DNA of 64,000 bases from a virus (taxonomy: Duplodnaviria; Heunggongvirae; Uroviricota; Caudoviricetes): the IMG/VR virus record IMGVR_UViG_3300044878_000136, positions 189,232 through 253,231 of that record; one strand, 5' to 3'. The translations under genes were made by a program, and so were the position numbers. Shown piece by piece: positions 8,359 through 18,735 of the stretch. Each line of letters starts with the position of its first letter. Position 1 is the first letter of the stretch. The notes beneath the pieces were generated by a model that ran no database searches, was not told where the DNA came from, and worked only from the letters and a program-made list of their open reading frames with translations.

Positions 8359-9059
8359 GAATGGACTCCTACTAGGGTGTCTTGAGATTGTGCCAATTCA
8401 GATCGGCCGATGTAGGCTCTAAGCGCCAAGTATTCATCGGGATGCTTCTCTGAAATGTACTGAGTAAGCCTTGTTTCGATTTGTTGCTGTAAATCATCCG
8501 GGAAGTCAGCACCACTTGGGCCAACGATATCCAGCGTGAACCAGCGCTCGACGTTACGACTGCACGAAATGCACAGTTTGGCGTAACCGAGGGTGAAACC
8601 TTTATCAACGTGCATCAGGTGCAGATCACCTTCTGGTCCGTTGAAGTGCCAGCAGTTGTTGCGGACATCCTTCACGATCGCATCGACCAACCGACCCCGA
8701 TCATTCAGCTTGTCTTTGTAAACCAACATCACAGCTTCTGAGACGCGTCCTACGATCCCCAGATCGAGAAGAGCGGCCTCACATTCAAACACCAGCTCGC
8801 GCTCCACCAGCAGCGCTCCAAGGCGTTCGTAGACGTCTTCCGTCTTGTAGATCCCTTCGCTCCGCACCTCTTCCAACAGATCACGGTAATCGAACGGTTT
8901 AGCGACGATGTAATACTTGTACGTCAGCTTATCGTTCTCATCCTTCACGAGTACGTTGAGGATATTCCCAAACTTTACAGTTGGGTTGTCAATAGACATC
9001 CGACCATGCATAAATCCTCCGACTAACTCATTAATAGCTTCCTTTGTGGACAGTGACAT
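8355..9059 (-). CDS. hypothetical protein
   Basis: ATG 9059 follows GGAGGGAG. The track start at GTG 9131 lies directly beside the promoter motif. Confidence 0.75.
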   Translation of the reverse strand: MSLSTKEAINELVGGFMHGRMSIDNPTVKFGNILNVLVKDENDKLTYKYYIVAKPFDYRDLLEEVRSEGIYKTEDVYERLGALLVERELVFECEAALLDLGIVGRVSEAVMLVYKDKLNDRGRLVDAIVKDVRNNCWHFNGPEGDLHLMHVDKGFTLGYAKLCISCSRNVERWFTLDIVGPSGADFPDDLQQQIETRLTQYISEKHPDEYLALRAYIGRSELAQSQDTLVGVHS

Positions 9060-9136
9060 AAATCGACTCCCTCCACCACCGGCAGAGGGAATCTTGCTAC
9101 CGCTACCTAAGTACTCTTGTCTGGTGTACACAAGAG

Positions 9137-9158
9137 TAATGTATTACTTAAAATTTTA
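9137..9158 (-). promoter_or_regulatory. phage promoter motif
   Basis: The minus strand reads TAAAATTTTAAGTAATACATTA. Confidence 0.6.
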
Positions 9159-10574
9159 CAGAGGATCTATTTGCGGAGTGCCTGAGATGGAACCACCCTT
9201 GGCCAAGAAGGCCTTGAAGTCAGGGTCATCCCGATCCAAGAACACCTCGATCATGGTCTTGCACTTGAACGCCCGGTTAGGGGTAGGTCCTTTGCCTTGC
9301 AAGACGTACTGACTCTTACCGCCTGTCAGCGTACCGCTCATGATCTTGATCTCTCCCCCAGCGTCGTAGTAGACCTCCACAGCCATCGAGGGGATCAACA
9401 GGTCTGGGTTACTGCATTCCCAAGGCACCAGCATGAACTGGCCCGAACGTCTGGCCATCTTACTGGCTTCCACGTAAGGGTTGGTGGTGAACCCAGCCTT
9501 GGACTTCTTCGCGTACATCGATCCATTACCCACCACGGTAGTCGCGAACTCACTGTTGTTCGTGCTACGGTTCATGGTGAACTTGTTACCCTCCGCTTTA
9601 CCCATACCGCCGATGAGATTGTTGGCGTCCGAGAACCGAGTGGCGTTACCTTCGGTGTTCAAGATGTCCAGAGAATCATTCAACAGCTTAGGCGCACCAG
9701 CAGACCATACCGAAATACAGCGACCATCGTCAGACCACGTCCTGTCCACCCCCGATGTGGATTGTGATGGCGCTAGGAAGATCTGTAGCACCCGCTTAGC
9801 CTTGTCCAGACGTTTGGTGTCGTAGAGTGGCCATGCGTAAGTGAACTGTCCCTGGATGTAAAAGCCGAGGCCCGAGGAGTAGATGCCACCTTTCTCGTTT
9901 TGCAACAAGTCAGCCAGTTCTACCAGCTCAGTTCCGTCTTCCAGCTCGATGTGATCGCGAGGCGCTTTGTTGCTAGGCTCCTCCATCTGGAACCCACCGA
10001 TCTTAGAGTCGGTTGGAACCTGAATCGATTTCAAGGCATTGCTGATAAACGTCTTCAACACCATGTACGGCGGTGTAGCCCGCACGATGGTACCGATCGA
10101 CATCTTCCGCAACTGGGTAACCGCCACCTCTTCCAACACAAACGTCAACGTCATCGTCTTGGAACGGTTAGCCGTCTCACGGTCTTTGAACTGTGGGGCT
10201 GCGGAGATCTCAGGACCGCGTGGGATGTCGTCAGTGAGGTAGGCGGTGTAAGTCCTCGCCTCAATGGCTCCGTCGCCCTCACCGCCGTTGAAGCCACTCA
10301 GGACGTGTCTCTTGATCGTGATCGTCAGGTCGTCCTGGAATGGGGCGATGTCAAATATCACCGTCCCCGCTCCGTACTGCATGGTAACCGAGTGGTCATC
10401 CATGTAGGCGCCTTTGTAATCCCGATCCACGTCACAGGCCGTAGGTTGCAGGGGACTCAGCTGCCGACCCCCTGCGTTAACGAACATCTCGAGCATGTAG
10501 TACGGACTGCCCGGTTTAGCGGAGATCCGTTGCAGCTCCAGCCCGAGTGCCGATGACTCAACTGCGACTGCCAT
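9156..10574 (-). CDS. virion structural protein (phiKZ gp101-like; possible baseplate hub/tail tip)
   Basis: Last gene of the structural operon; size and position match the gp98-gp101 block. Confidence 0.55.
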   Translation of the reverse strand: MAVAVESSALGLELQRISAKPGSPYYMLEMFVNAGGRQLSPLQPTACDVDRDYKGAYMDDHSVTMQYGAGTVIFDIAPFQDDLTITIKRHVLSGFNGGEGDGAIEARTYTAYLTDDIPRGPEISAAPQFKDRETANRSKTMTLTFVLEEVAVTQLRKMSIGTIVRATPPYMVLKTFISNALKSIQVPTDSKIGGFQMEEPSNKAPRDHIELEDGTELVELADLLQNEKGGIYSSGLGFYIQGQFTYAWPLYDTKRLDKAKRVLQIFLAPSQSTSGVDRTWSDDGRCISVWSAGAPKLLNDSLDILNTEGNATRFSDANNLIGGMGKAEGNKFTMNRSTNNSEFATTVVGNGSMYAKKSKAGFTTNPYVEASKMARRSGQFMLVPWECSNPDLLIPSMAVEVYYDAGGEIKIMSGTLTGGKSQYVLQGKGPTPNRAFKCKTMIEVFLDRDDPDFKAFLAKGGSISGTPQIDPL

Positions 10575-11196
10575 GTTCTAATCTCTCCAGATAACGTTCG
10601 ATGGTGTCCATGCGAGACAGGGACTTCGGTACTTCGGCAGGTTTGTCTTCCGCCGCTTCTTCGGTCTTGAGGAGCGCGTAGCTGAACGAAGGACGTACCG
10701 GCAGAGCACTGCGCATTTCGCTGGACACGACCGTGTGGTCGATATCGGTGTTGTGCTCTTTGGCCCACGGACGAATGACCGTCGCGAACTCTGACATGGT
10801 CTGGAGGTCTTCTACCGGAGGTGGGATGTACATGACGTCAGTCCGCATCTCCCGCAGGTGGAACTCCAGGTGATCGACGATCCGCTTATAGACGTCGGCT
10901 GCGATCGCATTGCTGTTGAAGCTGATGGACGCACCGTCGCCGAAGAGATCGACGATCTCCATGATGGTCCCACCCGTCGGGATCATCTCACCGGTGAGGC
11001 GAGTCATGTCGTCCTCACTGCCGTCAGAGACGATGGAGATGTTCAGGGTCTTGTTACGAGCCCTGAAACTGGCGTGGTCCAGATTGAACAGGACTTGGTA
11101 GTCCTTGTCGAACAGGTAGTACGCTGTCGACTTGTTGCGGACCTTCTTCGGCGGAGCCTTATGAAAGCCAGACCGTTGGATGGGCATTGATTGCAT
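10558..11196 (-). CDS. conserved phiKZ-like protein (gp100-like)
   Basis: Overlaps both neighbours in the operon; synteny. Confidence 0.55.
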   Translation of the reverse strand: MQSMPIQRSGFHKAPPKKVRNKSTAYYLFDKDYQVLFNLDHASFRARNKTLNISIVSDGSEDDMTRLTGEMIPTGGTIMEIVDLFGDGASISFNSNAIAADVYKRIVDHLEFHLREMRTDVMYIPPPVEDLQTMSEFATVIRPWAKEHNTDIDHTVVSSEMRSALPVRPSFSYALLKTEEAAEDKPAEVPKSLSRMDTIERYLERLEHGSRS

Positions 11197-12572
11197 CAGA
11201 GAACCCCAGGGGCGAGTTTAATCAAAGCCAGGACCAGGGGAGTGTAGTAGAAGCGTTCCAGGTTATTCCACCGCGGAGCTGCTTCCGCCACACGCAAGAG
11301 GTCTTGGAGGTTGGAGGATTCAGTGTCGAGTCGATCGTAGAGCAGTCGTTCGAGGACGCTCTTGTGTTGACCGTCACTGTAGAAGTTATTGCTGAGGATG
11401 TAGCAGTCGTCAGAGAACGCAGGATGGATCAACGGGATCTCCTGCACCTTGACTTGGCTGTTATCCGTCATGTCGAGTTGCGGGAGGAGTTTGTCGATCT
11501 CACCGGACCGTACACCACCCTTCTCGAACGCTACCAGACCGTGCGCCATCTGACCCGCCGAGTCTACCGAGAACGGCACATCGGTCATGGTCACTACTTG
11601 GTGGATACCACTGAAGTAGATGGAGTTCATCATCGGACGAGCACGGAAGCTGTTGATGCTGGACAGACCTGCATGCTTGGACACGCTATACAGTAGCGAG
11701 ATGTCCATGCGCATGATCGCATCAAATAACGAGTACTGGTTAGCAAATACATCGTAAGCCACACCGAGCTCGGTAATCTGCAACACCTTCGGGTACGACC
11801 GGCTGTCCAGCGTGGCACGAATGAAGCGCACCATGTACGGATCGTAGGTCGGTTGCTGTTGATCAGGCACCACCAGCGTCTTGAATTCCGTCGAGTAGAA
11901 GTCCCGCAGGAACAGGTGAGCCAACCGATCGTAAGCACGGCCCAAGCGATGGAGGACATCTACCTCTTCTTCACGGATCAGGCACTGAATGCCATTACGC
12001 ATGTTCTCGCGGTCGAAGATGAAGGTCGCAACCGTCTTGTTCTTCAGCGAGGCCATTGTCGAGGCGGTGATGTTGCGCGTTGCTCGGTAACTGATCTCAG
12101 TACCAGACTCGGTGTAGATGGTGTTACGTTTGACCTCGGTAACTTGGAACAGTGCCGAAGCACCATCGCCGATATCACCGATAAAGATGTCGCCCAAGTT
12201 AGGCGTCATCGGACTGTAGACCATCGACGAGCCGGTACCTTCCCAGCCGCGGTTGTCTTCAGAGTTCTGACTGAAGGACAATGGTTGCGTTACCACCAAC
12301 TCCCAACCACGGATCAGGTGGAGTTGTTGCAGGGCTGCCAGCAAGTCCTCTTGGAACGAGGCGGCTGCGTTGTCACGCATCTGGACTTGGTTGTAGAAGT
12401 CAACCACCCAGCGCTGACCCGAGGGAAAAGCAGCTAGCGTGTTGTAGGGACCTTTCCGGGTATCGACTACCGGAGACTGATAGACCTCTTCATGCTTCTT
12501 GAGGTTCGGAACTTCGGGCGCTTTGGCCACAGGTACGTTTGGAAGCGGCATAACTGACTCCAAGTTAGCCAT
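11196..12572 (-). CDS. virion structural protein (gp99-like)
   Basis: Synteny and size. ATG 12572 is preferred over GTG 12602. Confidence 0.55.
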   Translation of the reverse strand: MANLESVMPLPNVPVAKAPEVPNLKKHEEVYQSPVVDTRKGPYNTLAAFPSGQRWVVDFYNQVQMRDNAAASFQEDLLAALQQLHLIRGWELVVTQPLSFSQNSEDNRGWEGTGSSMVYSPMTPNLGDIFIGDIGDGASALFQVTEVKRNTIYTESGTEISYRATRNITASTMASLKNKTVATFIFDRENMRNGIQCLIREEEVDVLHRLGRAYDRLAHLFLRDFYSTEFKTLVVPDQQQPTYDPYMVRFIRATLDSRSYPKVLQITELGVAYDVFANQYSLFDAIMRMDISLLYSVSKHAGLSSINSFRARPMMNSIYFSGIHQVVTMTDVPFSVDSAGQMAHGLVAFEKGGVRSGEIDKLLPQLDMTDNSQVKVQEIPLIHPAFSDDCYILSNNFYSDGQHKSVLERLLYDRLDTESSNLQDLLRVAEAAPRWNNLERFYYTPLVLALIKLAPGVL

Positions 12573-12683
12573 CTCAATGGATATACCAACCGATATACCC
12601 ACTGAGACGCTCTGTAATGACGTACACCGCGTTTAATCAATAAAGATAAACGCATGTATACCTTTCGGCAAACGTCGCTGGTA

Positions 12684-14630
12684 TCAACGCATAGCCATGA
12701 TGGAGAGGAACTGCACGTAATGCGGACCAGGGTTGGTGCGGGAACGTACGCCAGGGCTGGTGATATCACCCCAACCGCCAGGATGAGGGCCAGTGCCACC
12801 GGAGTCACCAGGAACCCAGTTCCCGTTTTCATCCCAGTGTCCACCGCCAGTGCCTGGCACCCAGTTACCGTTCTCGTCCCAATGACCACCCGAACCTGTA
12901 TCGACCCAGTTGCCATCCTTATCCCAGTAACCGGTATTGCCACCACCGCCCGAACCGTCCGGGTTGGTGATGCCACCAGGAGACATGTTCACTCGCCAGT
13001 TGCTACCGGTGAAGAGACTCGGATCACGAGGACCGTAGTTCTTCACCGCCGCAGTGAACTTCCCATTAGGGTCCACACGCCCACCACTGGAGCCGGCAGT
13101 CTTCCACCGAGTGTCGATGATACCGTTCAACTCAGAGCGATGTCCGCCTTGGTTGAACATGCCGTAACCATGCGCCATGATGAACTGGAAGAACCAGACC
13201 AGATAGTTGGTGGCGATGTACTTCCCATCGATCAGTCGACGGATAGCCCATTCCACGTCCAACACCGGTACCACGGTTTGGAACAGCAGCAGCGTAGCGA
13301 TTGGGTTGGTCTTCATGTCCATGATCGCATCGGGCAGGAACATCCCGTAGTGAGTCACGAACGACATCCGCAGGTGATAGCTGCGACGCATGTCCAGTGG
13401 TCGAGTAGCCCTGACACGCAGATGCTCATCGATGGTGATGAGTTCTTGCGCCATGGCCGTGTCTTCACAGAACAGCGTGAACAACACCGGGGACTGGCCA
13501 CGGTTGGTGAGTCGACTTGGGTCCTTACGGAACAGGTCGTCGATCTCCTTGATGAACGTCATGTCCGGCAAGGCCGTCAGGTCGAGGATGTCCTGAGGAT
13601 CATTCGGGTCCAGCACAATCATCCACGAGATGATGGGTACCGAGTAAGCCGGTTGGGCACTCTTCGGAGGAATCCATTCATCGTAGTACGGAACCCGCAA
13701 CCCACCCGTTGGAGCTGGGTAGTAGTTGACCCACTCGTTCATGGTGTCAAGCGCACGGATACCGATCGAGCCATGCTTGTCGAGTTCTTCCACACTGAAC
13801 TTCGGCGTGGAGTCAAAGAACAATGCACCGACGTGTTGCTGATGCACGACCAACGGGTAAACGAAGTACAGGTGCGTGCAGCGATCGTATTGCAGGTTGT
13901 AGCTGAATTCGATTTCCCACGTCGAGTTACCGGCGGTCTTGCGTTCCTTCGGGATGTCGCTGAAGTCGAAGTAACCGGTGAGGGCTGCTTGCTTCTGCTT
14001 GACCATCATGTTCAACGTATCTTGACGACCGTCGATAGTGCCGATCAAGTGGAACGGGACGCACTGGTTCGCCTTGAAGTACTGAGGGAAGGTGTCACCG
14101 TAACCTGCGATCCCTTCACGGAGTTCATGCAGGTGAGCGAGCGTACCGATGGTACCGTCCGAGATGGGAATGTCGTATTCGATCTCGTGGGTGATCGAGG
14201 TGCGGTTCTGCTTACGCTTCATCGCCATCTCGTCACGCCAGTTGATCGCTTCCTGCCGAGTAGCGCAGGTATACTTGAACGACAACGCCAGATCCGAGGT
14301 GATGAAGCAAGGACGCAGACTGATGCCGAGCTTACGGTCTTCCCAGAACGGAGGTTGATCGTTACTCATGACATCGCCAGTCAGCATCGAGTCGTTCTTG
14401 ATACTGTCGTCTGCCACCATGACCACTCGGCGGTTAGACGACCAACGGATCTCTTGCGATTCTCCGAGACCTGTGCCTGGCTGGTTAACAGTCTCGAACT
14501 CACCTGGCATGTAGAGGGGAGTGTCCTGATCAATATCGCAGATGCGCATCACATCGCGTGCAATCGACATCGCCACAGGACGCGTGATATTTTCATAATT
14601 GGTCGTTAACGCCAACGTGATCCGGGGCAT
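12684..14630 (-). CDS. virion structural protein (gp98-like) with a Gly/Trp-rich C-terminal extension
   Basis: Starts MPRITLALTTNYENITRPVA (ATG 14630). The track start at 14687 lies inside a terminator hairpin. Confidence 0.6.
   Translation of the reverse strand: MPRITLALTTNYENITRPVAMSIARDVMRICDIDQDTPLYMPGEFETVNQPGTGLGESQEIRWSSNRRVVMVADDSIKNDSMLTGDVMSNDQPPFWEDRKLGISLRPCFITSDLALSFKYTCATRQEAINWRDEMAMKRKQNRTSITHEIEYDIPISDGTIGTLAHLHELREGIAGYGDTFPQYFKANQCVPFHLIGTIDGRQDTLNMMVKQKQAALTGYFDFSDIPKERKTAGNSTWEIEFSYNLQYDRCTHLYFVYPLVVHQQHVGALFFDSTPKFSVEELDKHGSIGIRALDTMNEWVNYYPAPTGGLRVPYYDEWIPPKSAQPAYSVPIISWMIVLDPNDPQDILDLTALPDMTFIKEIDDLFRKDPSRLTNRGQSPVLFTLFCEDTAMAQELITIDEHLRVRATRPLDMRRSYHLRMSFVTHYGMFLPDAIMDMKTNPIATLLLFQTVVPVLDVEWAIRRLIDGKYIATNYLVWFFQFIMAHGYGMFNQGGHRSELNGIIDTRWKTAGSSGGRVDPNGKFTAAVKNYGPRDPSLFTGSNWRVNMSPGGITNPDGSGGGGNTGYWDKDGNWVDTGSGGHWDENGNWVPGTGGGHWDENGNWVPGDSGGTGPHPGGWGDITSPGVRSRTNPGPHYVQFLSIMAMR
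12808..12930 (-). repeat. three W-D-x-x-G-N-W-V peptide repeats
   Basis: GYWDKDGNWVDTG / GGHWDENGNWVPG / GGHWDENGNWVPG. Confidence 0.85.
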
Positions 14631-14661
14631 GGATAAATGTCCTTGGTAGAAACGATACACA

Positions 14662-14699
14662 GCATAAAACGGAGGTGGGTCAACCACCTCCGAGTTATG
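14662..14699 (-). terminator. hairpin, GCATA class
   Basis: GCATAAAA-CGGAGGTGG-gtcaa-CCACCTCCG-AGTTATG. Confidence 0.75.
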
Positions 14700-14706
14700 G
14701 GCATTA

Positions 14707-16029
14707 TCAGTCTTGGATGACCGATTCCTCAGCCAAGGTCAACACGCCGCTGGCGACGTACATCAGACGCGCCATGACGGTGTTGATGGTCCAGGACAAG
14801 CCGTTGATGACTTCAACGATCTCGTACTCGGTGTCCATCACACGGCCGATGCTGCTGGTGGTTTCGGTTTCAACCACAACAACCGGACGACCTTCAGCGT
14901 CTACCGACTGACGTTCCAGGTCACGGCTGGTGACGTACTTGGAAGCCACGCGATCCACAGCCTGGTCAGCGATCTTGCAGATGCGAGCCGATTCCTTCTC
15001 GATACCACGAATGGTAGCCATGGCCGTATCGAGGATGGTGTCGATAGCGTCGAGGTAGGTGGTCACTTGCTCAGGAGACAGCGAGCGCAGTGCACCGCCG
15101 TTCTTGGCCACGGTAGCAGCGTCAGGTGTTGCGGAGATGTAGGCCAGTAGGATGAAGTCATCTTCGTCATCGTCTTGAGTGACGAGGTGTGAGTTGCCCA
15201 ACAGGTGGGACGGTTGCGACTTCACTGCGGCTTCCAGGTCAGCGATGACCTTGCTCATGTCAGCACGGAACATGGCCGAAGCAGGACGGTCGGTAGCGAG
15301 CAGTTGATCCAGACGACTGGTCAGAGTTGCTTCGACGCTCGATTGAGCGGCCAGCAGGATCTGGCTGAGCTTGATGCACAGTGCAGCCTCTGTGGACATG
15401 GCAGCCAGTGGATCAGCGCAGTAGCCATCGCCTTGCACCAGGTTCGCTGCGTACTTGCCGAGCTTCAGGTCCTTACCGCCGGTACCCTTACGGGAACCTT
15501 GACGAGCGCGAATGTTGTTCAGACGCTTACGCAGGTTTTCCAGGGTAACGAAAGCACGACGCCACCACAGAGCGATGCGGCCGAAGAAGTTCTTCACCGA
15601 CGCCCTGAAGGACGAGGACGCTTGACCAACCCAATCACGCAGGCTGTCGATCGATTCCACGGAGATCTGGCCGTTGAGCTCCTGGTGCAGCTTAGGAACG
15701 GCGATGTCCAGGATACGGCTGAAGGATTCCAGCGAAGCGTTGGCGATCGGTACGTAGGCGTCAGCGGCTACTGGGTCGATGGTTGGAGCAGTGGTGACGA
15801 TCTCACCCACCATGGCAGCCGAAGAGGCGATTGCCTGGCCGTCTTGTGGTTCTGGTTCGATCATGGCTTCGAGGACAGCGTCGACGTCTGCACGGTCTTC
15901 ACGGATCTCGAGCACGTCACTGGATTCCAGCGGCAGATCGGTGGAGAGTTCGCTAGGCACGGCCACGGCGGATTCGAAGCTCGCCTCGCCACGCATGTAG
16001 TTTTTGAAGTCCTTGGAGATTTGAGACAT
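14707..16029 (-). CDS. head/inner-body protein (phiKZ gp93-97 paralog block)
   Basis: ASFES, ASLES and ISVES motifs in an acidic propeptide; position in the block. Confidence 0.65.
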   Translation of the reverse strand: MSQISKDFKNYMRGEASFESAVAVPSELSTDLPLESSDVLEIREDRADVDAVLEAMIEPEPQDGQAIASSAAMVGEIVTTAPTIDPVAADAYVPIANASLESFSRILDIAVPKLHQELNGQISVESIDSLRDWVGQASSSFRASVKNFFGRIALWWRRAFVTLENLRKRLNNIRARQGSRKGTGGKDLKLGKYAANLVQGDGYCADPLAAMSTEAALCIKLSQILLAAQSSVEATLTSRLDQLLATDRPASAMFRADMSKVIADLEAAVKSQPSHLLGNSHLVTQDDDEDDFILLAYISATPDAATVAKNGGALRSLSPEQVTTYLDAIDTILDTAMATIRGIEKESARICKIADQAVDRVASKYVTSRDLERQSVDAEGRPVVVVETETTSSIGRVMDTEYEIVEVINGLSWTINTVMARLMYVASGVLTLAEESVIQD

Positions 16030-16034
16030 GAGGA

Positions 16035-17216
16035 TTACCTTTGTGCTTTCAATGAAGAATGGCAGTAATGCAGCACCGCCTTACATACCGATATTGCATC
16101 GTTACCCAGAGGGCGACTGATGTTTGTGGACCAGTACATCAATGCGTTGACCGTCTTACGGATGTAATCACGATCACCAGCACTGAGCGAACCGTCTTGA
16201 GCAATACGTGTACTGAAGTTCTCAGCCACACTCTTAGCCCGTTTGACTTTCGCGATGGTTGTACTGTTACTGGCACGACTCACTGCATCGAGGATCTCGA
16301 TCAGGATCTCCGGCATCTTCACGATGTCGAGAGGTCCCAAGGTATCGAACTCTCGGGTGGGGGCGTAATCAAACTGCTCGACCGTCGACTCCGCATAATG
16401 GAAACCGTGGAAGCGCAAACCGACCGTACCCTTAGCCCGCAAGTCCGACTGGAACAAGAAGACCGAACTACCGCCGATCAGCGGCTTGGTACCCAGGACG
16501 TTGTCCCGCATGAAGCGTTCGCGAGGAACCGGGTTCATGTCGAGCTTGTTGGCCAACCGTTGGAACGGAATGCTTTCGACGATCTCGATACACGCCAGCT
16601 TCTTATCGGTAGCCACCTGTACGGTGGGCGTTCTGTCGAGTGCTTTCAGGATCTCGAGTGGCAGCTCGCCAAAGGATACCTTACACACGTTCAACATTAC
16701 CTTGAGCTCATGCTCGATCCGGATCGAGTCTTGCATGTAGCTGTGGCCACGACGCAGGTAACGGTGCAGGCGGTTTAGGGAAACGAACGGTTCCACAACC
16801 TGACGACCCCGAGCAGAGATCGCTGCGCGCTGCATCATGAAGGAACGACGACGCAACACTGTTACCATGATGTCGATCTCCGACATCCAGTTCAGGAAGC
16901 GTCTGAAGAACTCTGCGATGGCCCGACCGATCGCTTTGGCCACTGCGACCAACGCGTTCTCACTGGCTTCGAAACTCATATCGATGGATTCCAGACTGAT
17001 GTCCGTTCCATCAACTGCCAGCTTATACACGTTGGTCGAAGCTTCACGGAACTCGTGATCCGACATATCTGGTTTAGCCAACACGAGGTGGGACAGAGCG
17101 TCGTGCGTGTCCAGCAAACGGACCACCGCCTCGAAACTCTCGTCAACCAACCGGTCGTGTTCGTACAACACGTCTACCGACTGATCATCGTCGATAGTTT
17201 CAAGTTCTGACTCCAT
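16035..17216 (-). CDS. head protein (gp94-like)
   Basis: ESFEA, ISLES and MSFEA motifs, then an amphipathic AEFFRRFLNWM helix. Confidence 0.65.
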   Translation of the reverse strand: MESELETIDDDQSVDVLYEHDRLVDESFEAVVRLLDTHDALSHLVLAKPDMSDHEFREASTNVYKLAVDGTDISLESIDMSFEASENALVAVAKAIGRAIAEFFRRFLNWMSEIDIMVTVLRRRSFMMQRAAISARGRQVVEPFVSLNRLHRYLRRGHSYMQDSIRIEHELKVMLNVCKVSFGELPLEILKALDRTPTVQVATDKKLACIEIVESIPFQRLANKLDMNPVPRERFMRDNVLGTKPLIGGSSVFLFQSDLRAKGTVGLRFHGFHYAESTVEQFDYAPTREFDTLGPLDIVKMPEILIEILDAVSRASNSTTIAKVKRAKSVAENFSTRIAQDGSLSAGDRDYIRKTVNALMYWSTNISRPLGNDAISVCKAVLHYCHSSLKAQR

Positions 17217-17258
17217 ATCTCCACCACTGGTAGGTTAAGCTATATGATTCAGGAAACA

Positions 17259-17287
17259 GCATAAAGAGGGGGACGAACCCCCTCTCT
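17259..17287 (-). terminator. hairpin, GCATA class
   Basis: GCATAA-AGAGGGGG-acgaa-CCCCCTCT (UUCG-type loop on the minus strand). Confidence 0.8.
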
Positions 17288-17300
17288 ACACTAAGGCCAT

Positions 17301-18635
17301 TTACACGACGGCGACGCCGGTACCTGGGGTCTTCTCTTCAGGCTTCTCAGCACCGCTCTTGTGAGCAGCGGCCGACGCCATGCCCAGGGAGTAGGCTTGT
17401 TTAGCCACGGTACCCATGAACTGAACGTACTGCGGAGCGTAGCTGGAGATCTGCTTGACCAGCGAGGTAGCGGTGCTGAACAGCTTCTGCGCTTCTTTGG
17501 CTTCGACTTTGTCGTCGCCCTTGTCTGCGCCGCGCTTGGCAGCATCGATGACCGCTTTGGCCTGACGCACGGATTCGTTGGAGTCCGAAGCGATCTTTTC
17601 CATCAGCGAGCCGATGGATTCGATACGACCGCCAAGCTTGACGATATCGGCGCCAGACAGTGCTTCGAAGTCTTCGCCGGCTTTCGGCGATTCGCCTTTG
17701 ACGATGGCGAACTTGGCTTTCAACACGCCGTCCATACCACCGCCTTCACCTGGGGTGAACTTGATGGCGTAGCCGCCGGTCAGGTCGTGATCCTGCTTGT
17801 GCAGCTTGGTGTCGATGGTGCGAGCAAACGCGCCGATCGAACCGCTGTCAGGCTTGGAGATGGAGTCGGTCAGTTTCTTGGCCACGTCACGCAGTTCTTT
17901 GGTGACAACCAGAACGCCGCTGGTCCAACCCTTCTCGACTTCATCCAGAGCCAGCTCAGGATTGATCTTGCCGCCAACTACCAGGGCACTGTAGGACGAA
18001 CCTTTCAGCTTCTTGGTGGCTGCGCCAGTAACCTTACCGCCGACTGCTTTCAGCTTGGCGCCGGAAGCTTTCACTGCGGAAGCGGATTTGCCGATGGAGG
18101 CAACCCAGTTGGTCAGACGGCTGATCGCGCCCATTACGGCGGTCTTCAGAACGTTCCAGATGCGGGTCAGAATGTTGCCAGTCTTTTCCTTGGCTTCTGG
18201 AGCAGCGTCTTTAGCGCCGTCATGGCCGATGGCCAGAGCTTCGAAAGATTCCTGAGCCGCGAACAGGTCGTTGGCAAACAGTTCTTTCGGAATGTCACGC
18301 GCTTCCAGGGAAACCGCAACACCTTGCAGGAACAGCTGGGAAGCTGCGCCGTCCAAAGGAATGCCACGAGCTTCGAAGCTGGACAGTTGCAGCATGAACG
18401 ATTCCAGCGACTCGGCTGCGTCCACCAGCTTTTCAGCGCCGGCGTTCGATTCGTTCAGCTTGATGACGTCCTGTGCGGTTTCTTCGAGGGCTTCCTCGAG
18501 GTCGCTGCGGGTGTCATCGGTCACGACTGTCAGTTCGCCGGCACCGGCGTCGTTCAGTTCGTTGACTGGTGCGGTTACGGCGACTGCTTCGCCAGACTCT
18601 ACCGCGTAATCCATCAAGGCTTGGCCGAGATCCAT
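17301..18635 (-). CDS. major inner-body/head protein (gp93-like)
   Basis: Highly biased codons; ESLES, SSFEA, VSLEA and ESFEA motifs; GGAG SD. Confidence 0.7.
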   Translation of the reverse strand: MDLGQALMDYAVESGEAVAVTAPVNELNDAGAGELTVVTDDTRSDLEEALEETAQDVIKLNESNAGAEKLVDAAESLESFMLQLSSFEARGIPLDGAASQLFLQGVAVSLEARDIPKELFANDLFAAQESFEALAIGHDGAKDAAPEAKEKTGNILTRIWNVLKTAVMGAISRLTNWVASIGKSASAVKASGAKLKAVGGKVTGAATKKLKGSSYSALVVGGKINPELALDEVEKGWTSGVLVVTKELRDVAKKLTDSISKPDSGSIGAFARTIDTKLHKQDHDLTGGYAIKFTPGEGGGMDGVLKAKFAIVKGESPKAGEDFEALSGADIVKLGGRIESIGSLMEKIASDSNESVRQAKAVIDAAKRGADKGDDKVEAKEAQKLFSTATSLVKQISSYAPQYVQFMGTVAKQAYSLGMASAAAHKSGAEKPEEKTPGTGVAVV

Positions 18636-18735
18636 AATTGACTCCAGGTTCTATTGATTGTGCAGGACGACTCGCCCCGCAGTACACGTCGTGAGGCGTG
18701 GGGTATTCATACTAACTACCCCACACTATCCATCA

